NCBI GenBank assembly: GCA_963782945.1 | Contig: CAWALO010000021.1 | Span: 11,156-75,155, forward strand | Source of the DNA: an uncultured Bacteroidales bacterium | Lineage (GTDB): Bacteria > Bacteroidota > Bacteroidia > Bacteroidales > VadinHA17 | Direction of reading: 5' to 3' | DNA length: 64,000 nt | Shown here: positions 39,014 through 49,023 of the stretch, piece after piece | Layout: the number at the start of each line of letters is the position of its first letter | Numbering within the stretch: the stretch's first letter is position 1 | Notes under the pieces: generated by a model | The model's input: the letters and a program-made list of their open reading frames with translations, nothing else | Told to the model about the DNA's origin: nothing | The model's database searches: none | Translations under genes and position numbers: made by a program

Positions 39014-41032
39014 CTATTTAAAATTAAACTTACGGATGATCTCCTTTGTTCCCTTAGTACTACTGGCAACCACTTTTACCATTCTCTGGGTAATGGGAAT
39101 CTTTGTTGTATCGATGGCTTCACCTCCGAATTGCTCGAAGAAATATCCCTGCTCACTTACCGGCATCTCCTTGCCGTTGATAACAATTCTGGTACCCGGC
39201 TCTGTCCAGCCAAAAACTTCAACTGAAGAATTTTCAGTTAATGTTGAATTTTCGAGGGGATTGGTCTGGATATAAACCATTGGGCCTGCATCAAACGCTA
39301 TAATCTCATCGAGCAGCTGCTTTTTTGCAGCATATAGAACCGCTGGATCATCTGAGTGTTGTTGAATGCTATAGATGACCTGTGAAGAGATTTCATGACC
39401 CCTTCGCTTTGGATCTATCCACTCGGCCCTTTTTCCGAGAGATTCTTTCAGATTGCAGATTTTCTCCTCGAGCATCCTGAAGCATTCATAATCCTGGATC
39501 CCGTTTCTCATCTGCTCCCACCTCAGCGAGTTGAGTACGCCGTCTTTAGAAGGGTAAACATGCCATCCATCGCCTATATGCATCCCCACATCCTTAAACG
39601 GATCTTCGGTCCATTGATTCCATCCCCAGTGCAGATAACCCGTCGCATCGTACCTGTAATTAAGCCAGTGCAGTATACGGCTGTTCATAACAGGCATATC
39701 GATGGTTTTATTGGGGAAGAGGCTTCCCTGGTAGATGCCAACGGTATAGAACCAAAGCTCGACTCCATTTTTCTGTGCTTCCTTGTAGGATTCATACCAC
39801 GTCCCGAAAGCATCAAGTTTTGGGACAGCCACTTCAATGTCATTCAGAAGGTTAGTAGTCTCTATGGCATCAAGTCTTATCAGATCAGGAGCATATTTAT
39901 GGATGTAGGCCGACATTTCACGCCATGACTGTGAGTTATGCATTGAAGGCTCATCTTTTACATGAAAAAGTGTTTTTGTGAGCCACCCCTTTTCCCTCAG
40001 ATGGCTTTCTGTGGCAGCCAGGAGACCGGGAGCCACATCATTGCCGGCCATCGTTTCTATTTTACCCGTTTCAGTATTTTTTACCCGGAAATCCTGGAGT
40101 TTTATTTCAGAACTGAACCATGCATTATTTCCGAATCGTGCAATTTCACCTGTTTCAAGATAATCCATCATCTTTGTATCCCAGAATACCTGGGCTATCT
40201 GGTCAAATCTTGTGAAATCAAATGATAACCTGCCATCAGTTCCTTTTTGAATTCCTATAGCATCCATCGGCACGTGGAAGACGTTCTGTCGGTGATCAGC
40301 CATGTTACCAGCATATTTACGGAGCATTGAGAACCAGGCATCAGAGTATTCTTCTTTAATTCCATGGAACTTTTCAAAATCACCTGTGCTGTACCACTCT
40401 GTTACCTTAAGGTTCCTGGTTGCCGGAAGGGTCAATGGATATACGGTAACAGACAGAGGAAGCTTCACCTCGCCCTGCTGGCTTTTTACAGTAACATCAC
40501 CAGTATAGGAAGCTGGTACGGCAGTTTCCGGAATACTTACGGTAAGCCATACAGCCTGACTCAATTTTGCTTTAAGGTTGATCTGTTTTTCATTCGCCAG
40601 GTAGTCAGGAAATCTTGCCGGAGCCTTACGAATCAATGCACTGACAGGCTGATTTGGTGTGTTTTCCGAGAGAGGTATACTCCCGACAAAGTTCCATTCA
40701 ACTGCCCCTGCAGGCAAAACGATTCCTGTTTTTTTGTCGGTGAGTGCGCTAACCATAACGTTAACAGCTGTCAGATCCTTTTTTGCCTGCAAAGCACACT
40801 GCCCTGATATCACCTCCCCCCGGATGCCGAAAATCTTCAGTGTATCCTGAAGGGCAGGCATATTGTACCCATCTTCAAAAACCCTCTTCAGGTCGCTGAC
40901 GGAATTCAGTTTGAAAGCCTGGGCAGAAAGGGTGCCGGTTGTCAGCAATAAAAAAAAATATCCGTAAATCAAAGATTTAACAAAGTGTCGGGTCAACAGG
41001 TTTTCTTTTTTCATGCTTTTAAGTCTTTTCAA
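39014..41032 (-). CDS. DUF4091 / GH123-like glycoside hydrolase (candidate beta-N-acetylgalactosaminidase family)
   Basis: 672 aa with a signal peptide. It has an N-terminal beta-sandwich-like region and a central barrel with FHVKDEPSMHN (adjacent Asp-Glu) and YLHWGWNQW. I recall that Pfam PF13320 (DUF4091) is the GH123 catalytic domain. This is a by-eye assignment. Confidence 0.5.
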   Translation of the reverse strand: MKRLKSMKKENLLTRHFVKSLIYGYFFLLLTTGTLSAQAFKLNSVSDLKRVFEDGYNMPALQDTLKIFGIRGEVISGQCALQAKKDLTAVNVMVSALTDKKTGIVLPAGAVEWNFVGSIPLSENTPNQPVSALIRKAPARFPDYLANEKQINLKAKLSQAVWLTVSIPETAVPASYTGDVTVKSQQGEVKLPLSVTVYPLTLPATRNLKVTEWYSTGDFEKFHGIKEEYSDAWFSMLRKYAGNMADHRQNVFHVPMDAIGIQKGTDGRLSFDFTRFDQIAQVFWDTKMMDYLETGEIARFGNNAWFSSEIKLQDFRVKNTETGKIETMAGNDVAPGLLAATESHLREKGWLTKTLFHVKDEPSMHNSQSWREMSAYIHKYAPDLIRLDAIETTNLLNDIEVAVPKLDAFGTWYESYKEAQKNGVELWFYTVGIYQGSLFPNKTIDMPVMNSRILHWLNYRYDATGYLHWGWNQWTEDPFKDVGMHIGDGWHVYPSKDGVLNSLRWEQMRNGIQDYECFRMLEEKICNLKESLGKRAEWIDPKRRGHEISSQVIYSIQQHSDDPAVLYAAKKQLLDEIIAFDAGPMVYIQTNPLENSTLTENSSVEVFGWTEPGTRIVINGKEMPVSEQGYFFEQFGGEAIDTTKIPITQRMVKVVASSTKGTKEIIRKFNFK

Positions 41033-41034
41033 AG

Positions 41035-42519
41035 TTAATATAATCGTATTCTGGCATAGCTAATCGTGTTTTTGACTCCGTCGGGGACACCCAGCATATC
41101 AATCATTTCCGAAGGCTTTGAACCTGCCCGTACTGTGGCCGTAAAAAAACTGGAAAAGGGTTTCTTAAGAGGCAGTACCACTGAGGTCCCGGGAATTCCG
41201 CCCGCAGTAATTTCCATGATTCGGTTTTCAGCGACGGATTTACCCGAGACATCGGTCCCCTCAATAAAATAAACAACGAACAGACGGTTGTCAGGTGTAA
41301 TATGAAAGCGGCCGGGGCCGGGCTTCAGTTCAGATCCACCTTCTTCGGCAATTGCAAGAGTCCGGCGCAGTTCTATCTTTCCATCCCGCAATTTTGCATA
41401 ATTCAGAGCATGAGATTGTTTGGCTTCAGGAAAGAACTTCTCCCGTAACCGTTCATCAAGGGCCCTTTCAGCCCATAAAATATGTACACCTCCATCGGGT
41501 GACACCCAAAGATCGGAGGGAAATATCCATCCGCAGGTCTCTTCACGGCTGGCTATTTCAATCCACGGGTGAAATTTACCAGTGGTAATATCATCACTCC
41601 AGGTGTAAAATAACCTTCTGAAATCGTAATCCCATTCCTTGCCTGTGAGCTCTCTCTTGAATTTGCGCCACTCTTTTTTTGGCTCAATAATATCGCTGAC
41701 ACCGCAAAAATAGACTGCTTTATTCTTTAGCATTACATTCGGATAACAGGTGCGAATCGGCTCCGGCTCTTCATAATCTGAGCCGAAAGGCCACTCCAGC
41801 TTTCCCTGTGCCGACCACTTACCCTTTGAATCGAGGAATGCCCATTCGGCATGGGTATAATCTATATTCTGTAAGAGGATCAATTCCCCTGACTTGCCAT
41901 CTGCTGCGAAGCTGCGGTAAGAATGCTCGGTGAAGGGTGGATTTCCGGACCATCCCGGAAGAAGTTTTTCATGCTTCAATTTTTCACCTGATTTTTTGAA
42001 TTGCAGGATTTCCGGTCTGGCGAAACCATTGTATGTATCAGGCGTTGTAATGGTTGGATTTACTGACAGGAAAAACCTTCCGTCGTGAAAAGCGGTCATC
42101 GGACTGGGTTCACGGGTACGTCCCTCCTTATCTGTCAGTCTTTTCTCCCAGCCTTTTTTCGATCTTTCAAACAGCATCCACCTGCAGTTATTCAGAGGTT
42201 TCCATTCGGGGACTGTTTCAATACCGCTGGCAAACACCTCCTTACCAATTCGTACAATTGAGGTAGAACCGTTGCACCACATTGGTCCTGAACCGTTATC
42301 AGCAGGAATATACTTATAAACAACCTCTTCTGCCTCCACAACCGGTTTAATAACCTTACTGGCTGCAGCTTTGCTGAGAGTCTCAGTCAATGCTGAAAAA
42401 CTCCCGGGTTTTAACGCGAAGCTCCCGCATGCAAGTCCTGCGGAACCAAGGAGACTTTTACGGATAAATTCTCTTCTTTTGGTCATGATAATACTATTTA
42501 ACATCTTCTTTAAGTTCAT
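41035..42519 (-). CDS. Tat-signal exported protein of unknown function (likely start MTKRREF at 42486)
   Basis: MTKRREFIRKSLLGSAGLACGSFA is a twin-arginine signal. The remaining ~460 aa match no family motif I recognise. The Trp/Gly-rich repeats suggest a beta-propeller. Confidence 0.5.
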   Translation of the reverse strand: MNLKKMLNSIIMTKRREFIRKSLLGSAGLACGSFALKPGSFSALTETLSKAAASKVIKPVVEAEEVVYKYIPADNGSGPMWCNGSTSIVRIGKEVFASGIETVPEWKPLNNCRWMLFERSKKGWEKRLTDKEGRTREPSPMTAFHDGRFFLSVNPTITTPDTYNGFARPEILQFKKSGEKLKHEKLLPGWSGNPPFTEHSYRSFAADGKSGELILLQNIDYTHAEWAFLDSKGKWSAQGKLEWPFGSDYEEPEPIRTCYPNVMLKNKAVYFCGVSDIIEPKKEWRKFKRELTGKEWDYDFRRLFYTWSDDITTGKFHPWIEIASREETCGWIFPSDLWVSPDGGVHILWAERALDERLREKFFPEAKQSHALNYAKLRDGKIELRRTLAIAEEGGSELKPGPGRFHITPDNRLFVVYFIEGTDVSGKSVAENRIMEITAGGIPGTSVVLPLKKPFSSFFTATVRAGSKPSEMIDMLGVPDGVKNTISYARIRLY

Positions 42520-43864
42520 TTAGCATCTCCAGAATTGTTTCAACGATCATTTCCCCTCCGCCCGGAGCAAGAATGGAGTTTTCGATCTCATATTCCCCCT
42601 GCCAGTAAGCCCTTTTATTTGGTATATATGTAAGGCTGTTGTCTGATATATTGAAGCTTGCAAGTTCCACAATCATTGTATTTTCGAAGGGAGAGTTATT
42701 TTTTATTGAAAGGCCGTGCTCAACAAAAGGTTCGCCTGGCATTGTTACAATTGCAGTATTGTTTGTCAGTCTTAAGACTTGTACGTCGATAGGGAGAGCG
42801 GTCATACCCTTCTGTTTCAGCATATCAAGTGTGAGTATTCTGTTTTTTCTGACCCTCATTAGGAACTGGGCACGCTCATCGGGGACCTCACTTTTTCCTG
42901 ACAATGAAGCGGTCTCAAGATTCCTGGCCCATTCCAGGTCTTCCTTTGTATAGCTCTGTACCGGAACATTTATCACCCTGTATCTTGACGCCATCGAAGG
43001 TAACTCCTCCTTTGAAGCAGGAAGGGCCTTTTTAACTGAGCTATAAAGTGAATCACCAACCTGTTTGGATTTTGTTTCATGACCACGCTGAGGACCAGGC
43101 TTCGAGAAGTCCCAATGGTTGAGGTTACCGCATGTACCTGTGAGGAAAAGCATACTGAAATCCTTCCCGAAGTCCTCCTTAAGAGATTTTTCCATCCAAT
43201 AGGGATAATCTGCACTTACTGAACCGGGAGCTGCCGCTTTTCCTTCATCACCTACAACATCGAGGTGAAGTGCAAAATTCACTATACACGACACAGGTAT
43301 TGAGCTTGCAGCATCCTGGAACATCACTATACCCACTTCCGGATCAAAAGGTCCGACAGGTCTTACGATGTCGGGATTGAGGAACATAGGATTGAAGACT
43401 ATTTTTCCGTTTTTCATATAGTACCTGCGGTTGTATGACACATTGAACTGGTATCCCAGAGCAGTACTGATCTTCACAGGTTTAAGTGCAGCCTGTCCAT
43501 CAGTAACTGCCTTTATGATAGCAGGAAGAAGATCTTTATGGGGGTGGGACTTATGTGTATGGGTTGCGGCAATAATAATATTCTCAAACGGAATGCCTGT
43601 CTTTTTTGACACCTGTTCCCTGGCAGGAATGGTGAGTTCCCATGACACTGCGCCTATCTCACATTCAACAATTGCATACTGGTTTATTCCCTGCCTGAAC
43701 ACCACAGCACGTACATGCAAGGGGTCAAGCACAATAGCTTTTTCACCGCTTATATCAACTATTCCGGTACCAATTTCCAGGGGGCTGACTTTGGTCAGTG
43801 ACTGCCCTGCTGACATGGTGACGTAGAAAAAGAATGCCAGGATAAAAATCGAAAGGCTCTTCAT
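42494..43864 (-). CDS. neutral/alkaline ceramidase-like (PF04734 N-terminal-domain-like) protein
   Basis: After the signal peptide come GTGIVDISGEKA..LDPLHVRAVVF...IIIAATHTHKSHP. This parallels the ceramidase G..k.DITP...G.h.rL.aRA...THTHsgP layout. Confidence 0.55.
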   Translation of the reverse strand: MKSLSIFILAFFFYVTMSAGQSLTKVSPLEIGTGIVDISGEKAIVLDPLHVRAVVFRQGINQYAIVECEIGAVSWELTIPAREQVSKKTGIPFENIIIAATHTHKSHPHKDLLPAIIKAVTDGQAALKPVKISTALGYQFNVSYNRRYYMKNGKIVFNPMFLNPDIVRPVGPFDPEVGIVMFQDAASSIPVSCIVNFALHLDVVGDEGKAAAPGSVSADYPYWMEKSLKEDFGKDFSMLFLTGTCGNLNHWDFSKPGPQRGHETKSKQVGDSLYSSVKKALPASKEELPSMASRYRVINVPVQSYTKEDLEWARNLETASLSGKSEVPDERAQFLMRVRKNRILTLDMLKQKGMTALPIDVQVLRLTNNTAIVTMPGEPFVEHGLSIKNNSPFENTMIVELASFNISDNSLTYIPNKRAYWQGEYEIENSILAPGGGEMIVETILEMLNELKEDVK

Positions 43865-43929
43865 ATCGAATATTATATTAAGGTTAATTAAATTTCATGT
43901 CTGTCCGGGAAACTGTGTTATGTTTAATA

Positions 43930-45354
43930 CTATTTAACAGATCTTATCAGTGAAGAGAGCTCATTCACCAATCTGGATTCTGCATCTACCTCGAGCAGGC
44001 TCCCGGAACATAGCCAGGTCTCATATCCGCCCAACCTGAATTGCTCAGCAGTCGGCACATACCCGAACTGGCCATTGGCATGGGAAATGGTAAAATAGTA
44101 TTTGAAGGGGGAATTCTTCTTCAGCTTCAAACCTGTTTCGGCAAAGATCTCACCAGGAAGTGTCCCGATTGCACCATCACCGATCCTGATAGCCTGCAAT
44201 GGAAGCTTGTATGTCAGTGGTTCATAAAAATTCAGTTTAACTATGTCTAGCGCATAAAGGCTCCTGATATCATCCGATGCTTTGTCTGTTGTTCCAAGCT
44301 TTGTAAATTCTGTTGTCTTAACCAGATCAGTGGCCCATGCCAGAACTTTTGCCGATGGCTGACGACGGGATATTTCGGATTCCCCGTTTGATACCCTGAA
44401 TTCAGGTTTATCAGAATACTTTACATTCTTCAGGACTTTAACTATTGAATCGGTGATCTCATGGGCAATCACTTTTATTTTTTCATAATCTCCTGTCGGG
44501 TAGTTCTTAGTAAGTCTGAAATCCATAGTATTGACATCACCGCTGGTGCCATTGCTCATAATGCCGATAAAGTCTTTCCCGGCCTTAAGCTTTGATTTAA
44601 GCATTAGATCAACTTCCCCGAAATAATCGGCAGAGATTACATTAGCAGGCACACCTCCCACATAGTGTGTTGAATAATTGGCAAGAATACCTATCCATTT
44701 GTCATCAATTGTTTTTACTGCAAGAAAGCTGACCTGCGGATCGGTGGGACTTACCGGTCTGTCGAGGAATTCGCTTCCAACCGGAGGGTTCATCCATACC
44801 TTCTCTTCTTCTCCAAACGGATTTATCATTGGGAATCCCGGTTTCATATACCACCTTCTGCAGGAAACATGCTTTGGCACATCGATGTGACCCCAGGCGA
44901 TCTTTGCAGGCTGAAGGTTTTTCAAAGCAAGGGCTGCTGCCTTTGCAATTCTGCGTGGCATATATATTCTGTAGCTCATATCAGCCTGGACCGTTGCCGT
45001 TTCTATTACCGCTCCTGTTGAATGGGCATGGGTATTCGATATCATTACCTGGCCCGCTGCAAGTCCGGTTTCCCGGGTAATTATCGCTTTTGCCTCATTA
45101 TCAAGAATTGCATCAAGCGTCATATTATCCACGACAATAAAAACGAATTTCTGCACTCCATTGTCGAAAGCCAGTGCTTTGGCATACAATGAATCGTGAA
45201 TCTCATTTGAATAATTTGGGAGGAAATCACCATTTATTATTGTCCCGTAAGGGGGAGTTATATTTACCTTCGCAGCACCTGCTTTTAAAGGGGTCTGGGA
45301 GGAAGCTACCAGGGGTATCAGCACAAATAGTATAAAGAGTGTTTTTAGTTTCAT
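43930..45354 (-). CDS. neutral/alkaline ceramidase-like protein, second paralogue
   Basis: It reads LKAGAAKVNITPPYGTIINGDF...IHDSLYAKALAFDNG...VMISNTHAHSTGA. The architecture matches 42494..43864. Confidence 0.55.
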   Translation of the reverse strand: MKLKTLFILFVLIPLVASSQTPLKAGAAKVNITPPYGTIINGDFLPNYSNEIHDSLYAKALAFDNGVQKFVFIVVDNMTLDAILDNEAKAIITRETGLAAGQVMISNTHAHSTGAVIETATVQADMSYRIYMPRRIAKAAALALKNLQPAKIAWGHIDVPKHVSCRRWYMKPGFPMINPFGEEEKVWMNPPVGSEFLDRPVSPTDPQVSFLAVKTIDDKWIGILANYSTHYVGGVPANVISADYFGEVDLMLKSKLKAGKDFIGIMSNGTSGDVNTMDFRLTKNYPTGDYEKIKVIAHEITDSIVKVLKNVKYSDKPEFRVSNGESEISRRQPSAKVLAWATDLVKTTEFTKLGTTDKASDDIRSLYALDIVKLNFYEPLTYKLPLQAIRIGDGAIGTLPGEIFAETGLKLKKNSPFKYYFTISHANGQFGYVPTAEQFRLGGYETWLCSGSLLEVDAESRLVNELSSLIRSVK

Positions 45355-45380
45355 AACATTTCTTATTTGTTGAACATCAA

Positions 45381-47465
45381 TTAATAATCTTTCTTAAGGT
45401 CAAATGTTTTATAAAAATCAGGCAGAGGTTCCTCAGGTTTCAGTTCGATCCTGGTACTCTCCATACCCATTATCTGGATCTTTTGCCAGAATTGTATCTC
45501 ATGGTCAAAGCGTGCCAGTGCAGCACCAAGCTTAAACCTCGTATACTCATTCATATAGGCCTTTTCATAATCGTATTTCAATTCGCTGAAATAGTCAATT
45601 AGGTCTGTTGCTTTGGAATGGCAGTGGCCAGCCAGGTCATAATAGAGGAAAAAACCCTGGTACTTACCCTTCTCGGCAGGACTTGTCCACCGTGTATGTA
45701 TATATTCTGCAAAAAGAGCCCTCATTGAGGTGTATTCCATCATACGGCTAATAACATTCATCGACTGAACCATTGGATCCTCCGGATATTTCTTTTCAAG
45801 GATTATCAGCGCCTCAAGAGCCTCTTCGGCAGCGAGTCTTGATTTCTGGAGTTCTGTTTTATTATCTCTCACTTTTTTCAGGAAGTATTCCCTGAAGGGA
45901 TCTACCCATGCTTCATTCTGAGAAGCTGAAGGGAATACTTTTGACAGATAATCATTTGATTCCTGGACTTTGTTCAGGGCCCTGATCATTCCATTCCTGT
46001 ATTCTGGATCATCATAGTGCTGCAATGAATATTGCTCAACAAAGCTGTTCTTGTCGGGATTGTCTTTCTGCCAGGCTCCGACAGCAGTATAGGCTATCTG
46101 AAGAAGTGAAGGCCGCGTCAGGGTTATCATGGCATCAGTCCACAGGCATTGAATCATACCAAGTGCCCCGTTCTCCTTCCCAAGTGGCAGGAAAAGATCC
46201 GCATTGTCGTATGTCATCTGGGTACTATACAGGTCGTTCCAGTTATCTATTGACGGCTGAACAAAATACTTCAGCTTGTATTTGTTCATAACCCTGATCC
46301 ATTTCATCATTTCTGAAGTATCCACATCATAATACCAGGCCGGGTAGTAAAAATCTTTCGGGACATTTTTAAACTGGTCCATCAGGCTCTCATTGATAAA
46401 TATATCCATCCAGGCCATTCCTGTCTTTCCGTTTGCCCTCAGAAGCTCAGTAACATAGTTCAGCTGCTGAACAAAATACTCATTGGCGTCAATCACCTTT
46501 CCATTCTTAAGAGGGGCAACACCGTCAGCCTGCATCCTCGACAGGCGCCTGGTAAACCAGGTTTCATCAAAACCTGCATGGAAGAATTTGCTGGGGAAAA
46601 GGTCGCAGATCTCATCAACCATAGTCTTAACCATCTTTCTTGCTTCCGGGTTGGTAGGATCAAACTCGAAACCATAGGGTACGGTGCTGAGAGAGGAGTA
46701 TTTCTCAATACGGAAAATATCGTGGAGATGCCCGTAAAGTGCCTGCATAGGAATGATATCCACATGTCTCTCACGTCCATATTCTACAAGTCTCCTGATT
46801 ACCTCCTTCGGTATTTTGGACTTATAACCAACCAGTGGAAAGGAATCAAGCTCAATGCTGGATTCTGAATAAAAATAAAACTGATTGCTTTTAAACCTGG
46901 CCAGCTCATCAATAATTTCCCTTGCAAACTGTTCATTATAATTGGCTCCCTCGCCCATTGATACAAGTAATCCACGATAAGGCAATGAAGGGTAATCAGA
47001 AATTTCAGCGTGAGGCAAGAATGCATTGTTACCGCTGCCTTCAGCCATCTGCCTCAGAGTCTGGATGGCGTAATAAGCTCCCGCAGAAGAATTGCCATTT
47101 ATTATAATGCCATTGTTGTCTATTTTCATTGTGTAGGCCTCCCTGCATTTTGACCCGGAAGTTTCATTCAAACCTGGTAACGCCGGAAGGCTTCCATGGC
47201 TGAGCTGAACCTGCTTCCCTTTTTTCTCGTTTATCACAGGAACAGTAATCCCGGTGCGGCTTTTAAGAAATCCAGCGAGTTCATTTGCATTGAAAACATC
47301 TTCCGGAGCAGATTTTGCCGGCAGATATATTGTCAGGTCAGATATCTTAAGCTGGCTGTTTCCGTATTTAATCTGCTGAGGCTGCGGCAGGAGCACAGGG
47401 TGGTCCTGAGCCCTGACCATGACGAATGCTAAAGAAAGTAAGAGAAAGATTATTGGTTTTTTCAT
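45381..47465 (-). CDS. GH20-like hexosaminidase (divergent)
   Basis: The N-terminal domain has LLPQPQQIKYGNSQLKI (GH20b-like). The catalytic region has DYPSLPYRGLLVS and FFHAGFDETW, the counterpart of H-x-G-x-D-E. Confidence 0.65.
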   Translation of the reverse strand: MKKPIIFLLLSLAFVMVRAQDHPVLLPQPQQIKYGNSQLKISDLTIYLPAKSAPEDVFNANELAGFLKSRTGITVPVINEKKGKQVQLSHGSLPALPGLNETSGSKCREAYTMKIDNNGIIINGNSSAGAYYAIQTLRQMAEGSGNNAFLPHAEISDYPSLPYRGLLVSMGEGANYNEQFAREIIDELARFKSNQFYFYSESSIELDSFPLVGYKSKIPKEVIRRLVEYGRERHVDIIPMQALYGHLHDIFRIEKYSSLSTVPYGFEFDPTNPEARKMVKTMVDEICDLFPSKFFHAGFDETWFTRRLSRMQADGVAPLKNGKVIDANEYFVQQLNYVTELLRANGKTGMAWMDIFINESLMDQFKNVPKDFYYPAWYYDVDTSEMMKWIRVMNKYKLKYFVQPSIDNWNDLYSTQMTYDNADLFLPLGKENGALGMIQCLWTDAMITLTRPSLLQIAYTAVGAWQKDNPDKNSFVEQYSLQHYDDPEYRNGMIRALNKVQESNDYLSKVFPSASQNEAWVDPFREYFLKKVRDNKTELQKSRLAAEEALEALIILEKKYPEDPMVQSMNVISRMMEYTSMRALFAEYIHTRWTSPAEKGKYQGFFLYYDLAGHCHSKATDLIDYFSELKYDYEKAYMNEYTRFKLGAALARFDHEIQFWQKIQIMGMESTRIELKPEEPLPDFYKTFDLKKDY

Positions 47466-47485
47466 GTATTTTTAAATTTATGATG

Positions 47486-49018
47486 TTACTTATTAAATAT
47501 CCGGACAACAACGCATTGGTGCGGTGCGACACTGCTGCCGAAATAATCCGAGAACCGGCCAAGGTCTTCATGTTTCCATAAATCCCTGACTATCCTTTCT
47601 CCACTTATTCCTAATTCCTTCCAGTCGATCCTGATATTTTTATCCTCAGAATCATTCCTGTTGAGCAATCCTACAGCCCATGAGCCATCAGAAAGGGGTT
47701 TGACAAACACTTCTGCATCGCCGTCATCTCTTATCCTTTTTGCCTGATTTCCCAGAGGGTCCTGATTGACTGCTATTATCTCCCTGTTCAGCAATATCTC
47801 CCTGATATTTTCATTCATATTCCGGATGTCGTTACCTGCAAGAAGGGGAGCAGCCATCAGGCACCAAAGACTCATATGGGATCTGTATTCCTCAATAGTA
47901 CATCCTTTCGCTCCAGCCCTGTTTACCACTGTGGTTTTGCTTGTATCAATGCCAACAACAAGCATATCAGGATCGTTCCAGTGACCGGGACCGGCATAGT
48001 CTGCGAGGGGAGCATTCATATCCAGGATCTGCATTATGCTGTTCGACCCGGCGTTGTACACATCAAGAAGCCATGCATTCCGGATATCAAGTGTCGTCCG
48101 CCAGTAATTTCCGCCGACCGAGGCGGCCCATTCATAAGGTTTGCGTCCACCAGCCTGTCCATGTGGAGGAATACCCCCTTCGCCCCATTCGCAAATGCTG
48201 AACACAATCGATCTGCCTGTTTTTTTCAGAGCCTCTGCCATTCTTTTATACCTTACGATAGCCGTATCCCTCGAAGGAGGAGCATTACAATAGTCGTATT
48301 TAAGAAGATCAATTCCCCAGGAAGCGAAATCCATGGCATCCTGTTCTTCATATCCATAGCTGCCTGCAACACCACCGCAAGTAAGGTTTGCGGCATCGGA
48401 ATAGATTCCCAGTTTAAAACCTTTCGAATGAACATAATCCGCAACAGCCTTTATCCCATGTGGAAATTTCTCCTTATTAATCTGAATTTTACCATTTTGA
48501 TCCCGGTCCGGCAGCTGCCATAAGTCATCAATATTGATATACTGGTATCCAACATCTTTCATTCCCGATGATTCCATGCTGTCGGCAATCTGCCTGATCA
48601 GTGAATCACTTATGTTGACATCAAAGGTATTCCAGCTGTTCCAGCCCATTGGAGGAGTAAGAGCCAGAAGATCTCCGATCTTTATTATCAGCTTACTGCT
48701 TGTTTTTCCATAATTGTTTCTGGCAGTAATTTTTACAGCATAGTCGCCTTTCTCACTTACGCTCCCATTTATTATTCCTGCAGAGGCATCAAGTTCCAGT
48801 CCGGGAGGCAAGCCTTCTGCACTCCATGTAACCGGTCTGGCACCTTCAGTCGGAATATAAAACAGGAATGGTGTTCCCGGATAATTGGCTGTAACAAATG
48901 GAGGATTAATTACAGGTGCTAAATCAGTTTTTCCTTTTACCCTGAAACATCCTCCGGTGAGAAGAGAAATCAAAACAAGAATATTAATTATGCGCATTTG
49001 CCTGAAGATTTTAATCAT
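47486..49018 (-). CDS. GH27 alpha-galactosidase / alpha-N-acetylgalactosaminidase with an N-terminal Ig-like domain
   Basis: PPMGWNSWNTF, YQYINIDDLWQ, KLGIYSDA, LLKYDYC and SICEWG are present. The Ig-like region is PPGLELDASAGIINGSVSEKGDYAVKITA. The track ORF extends to 49075, but MIKIFRQMRIINILVLISLLTGGC at 49018 is the plausible start. Confidence 0.85.
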   Translation of the reverse strand: MIKIFRQMRIINILVLISLLTGGCFRVKGKTDLAPVINPPFVTANYPGTPFLFYIPTEGARPVTWSAEGLPPGLELDASAGIINGSVSEKGDYAVKITARNNYGKTSSKLIIKIGDLLALTPPMGWNSWNTFDVNISDSLIRQIADSMESSGMKDVGYQYINIDDLWQLPDRDQNGKIQINKEKFPHGIKAVADYVHSKGFKLGIYSDAANLTCGGVAGSYGYEEQDAMDFASWGIDLLKYDYCNAPPSRDTAIVRYKRMAEALKKTGRSIVFSICEWGEGGIPPHGQAGGRKPYEWAASVGGNYWRTTLDIRNAWLLDVYNAGSNSIMQILDMNAPLADYAGPGHWNDPDMLVVGIDTSKTTVVNRAGAKGCTIEEYRSHMSLWCLMAAPLLAGNDIRNMNENIREILLNREIIAVNQDPLGNQAKRIRDDGDAEVFVKPLSDGSWAVGLLNRNDSEDKNIRIDWKELGISGERIVRDLWKHEDLGRFSDYFGSSVAPHQCVVVRIFNK

Positions 49019-49023
49019 CGGTT

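Noticed and set aside
38907-39275. The 122-aa plus-strand ORF that starts inside MITE copy B and runs antisense into the 3' end of the GH123-like gene.
   Set aside because: It begins within non-coding repeat sequence, has no ribosome-binding context or homology signal, and overlaps the well-supported minus-strand gene.
42494-42519. The 26-nt overlap between the ceramidase-like gene end and the 41035..42519 ORF, and the 52-nt overlap at 49024..49075, as unusual overlapping coding.
   Set aside because: Both overlaps vanish when the downstream genes start at internal Mets that immediately precede their signal peptides (MTKRREF at 42486 and MIKIFRQMRII at 49018). They are ORF-extension artefacts.
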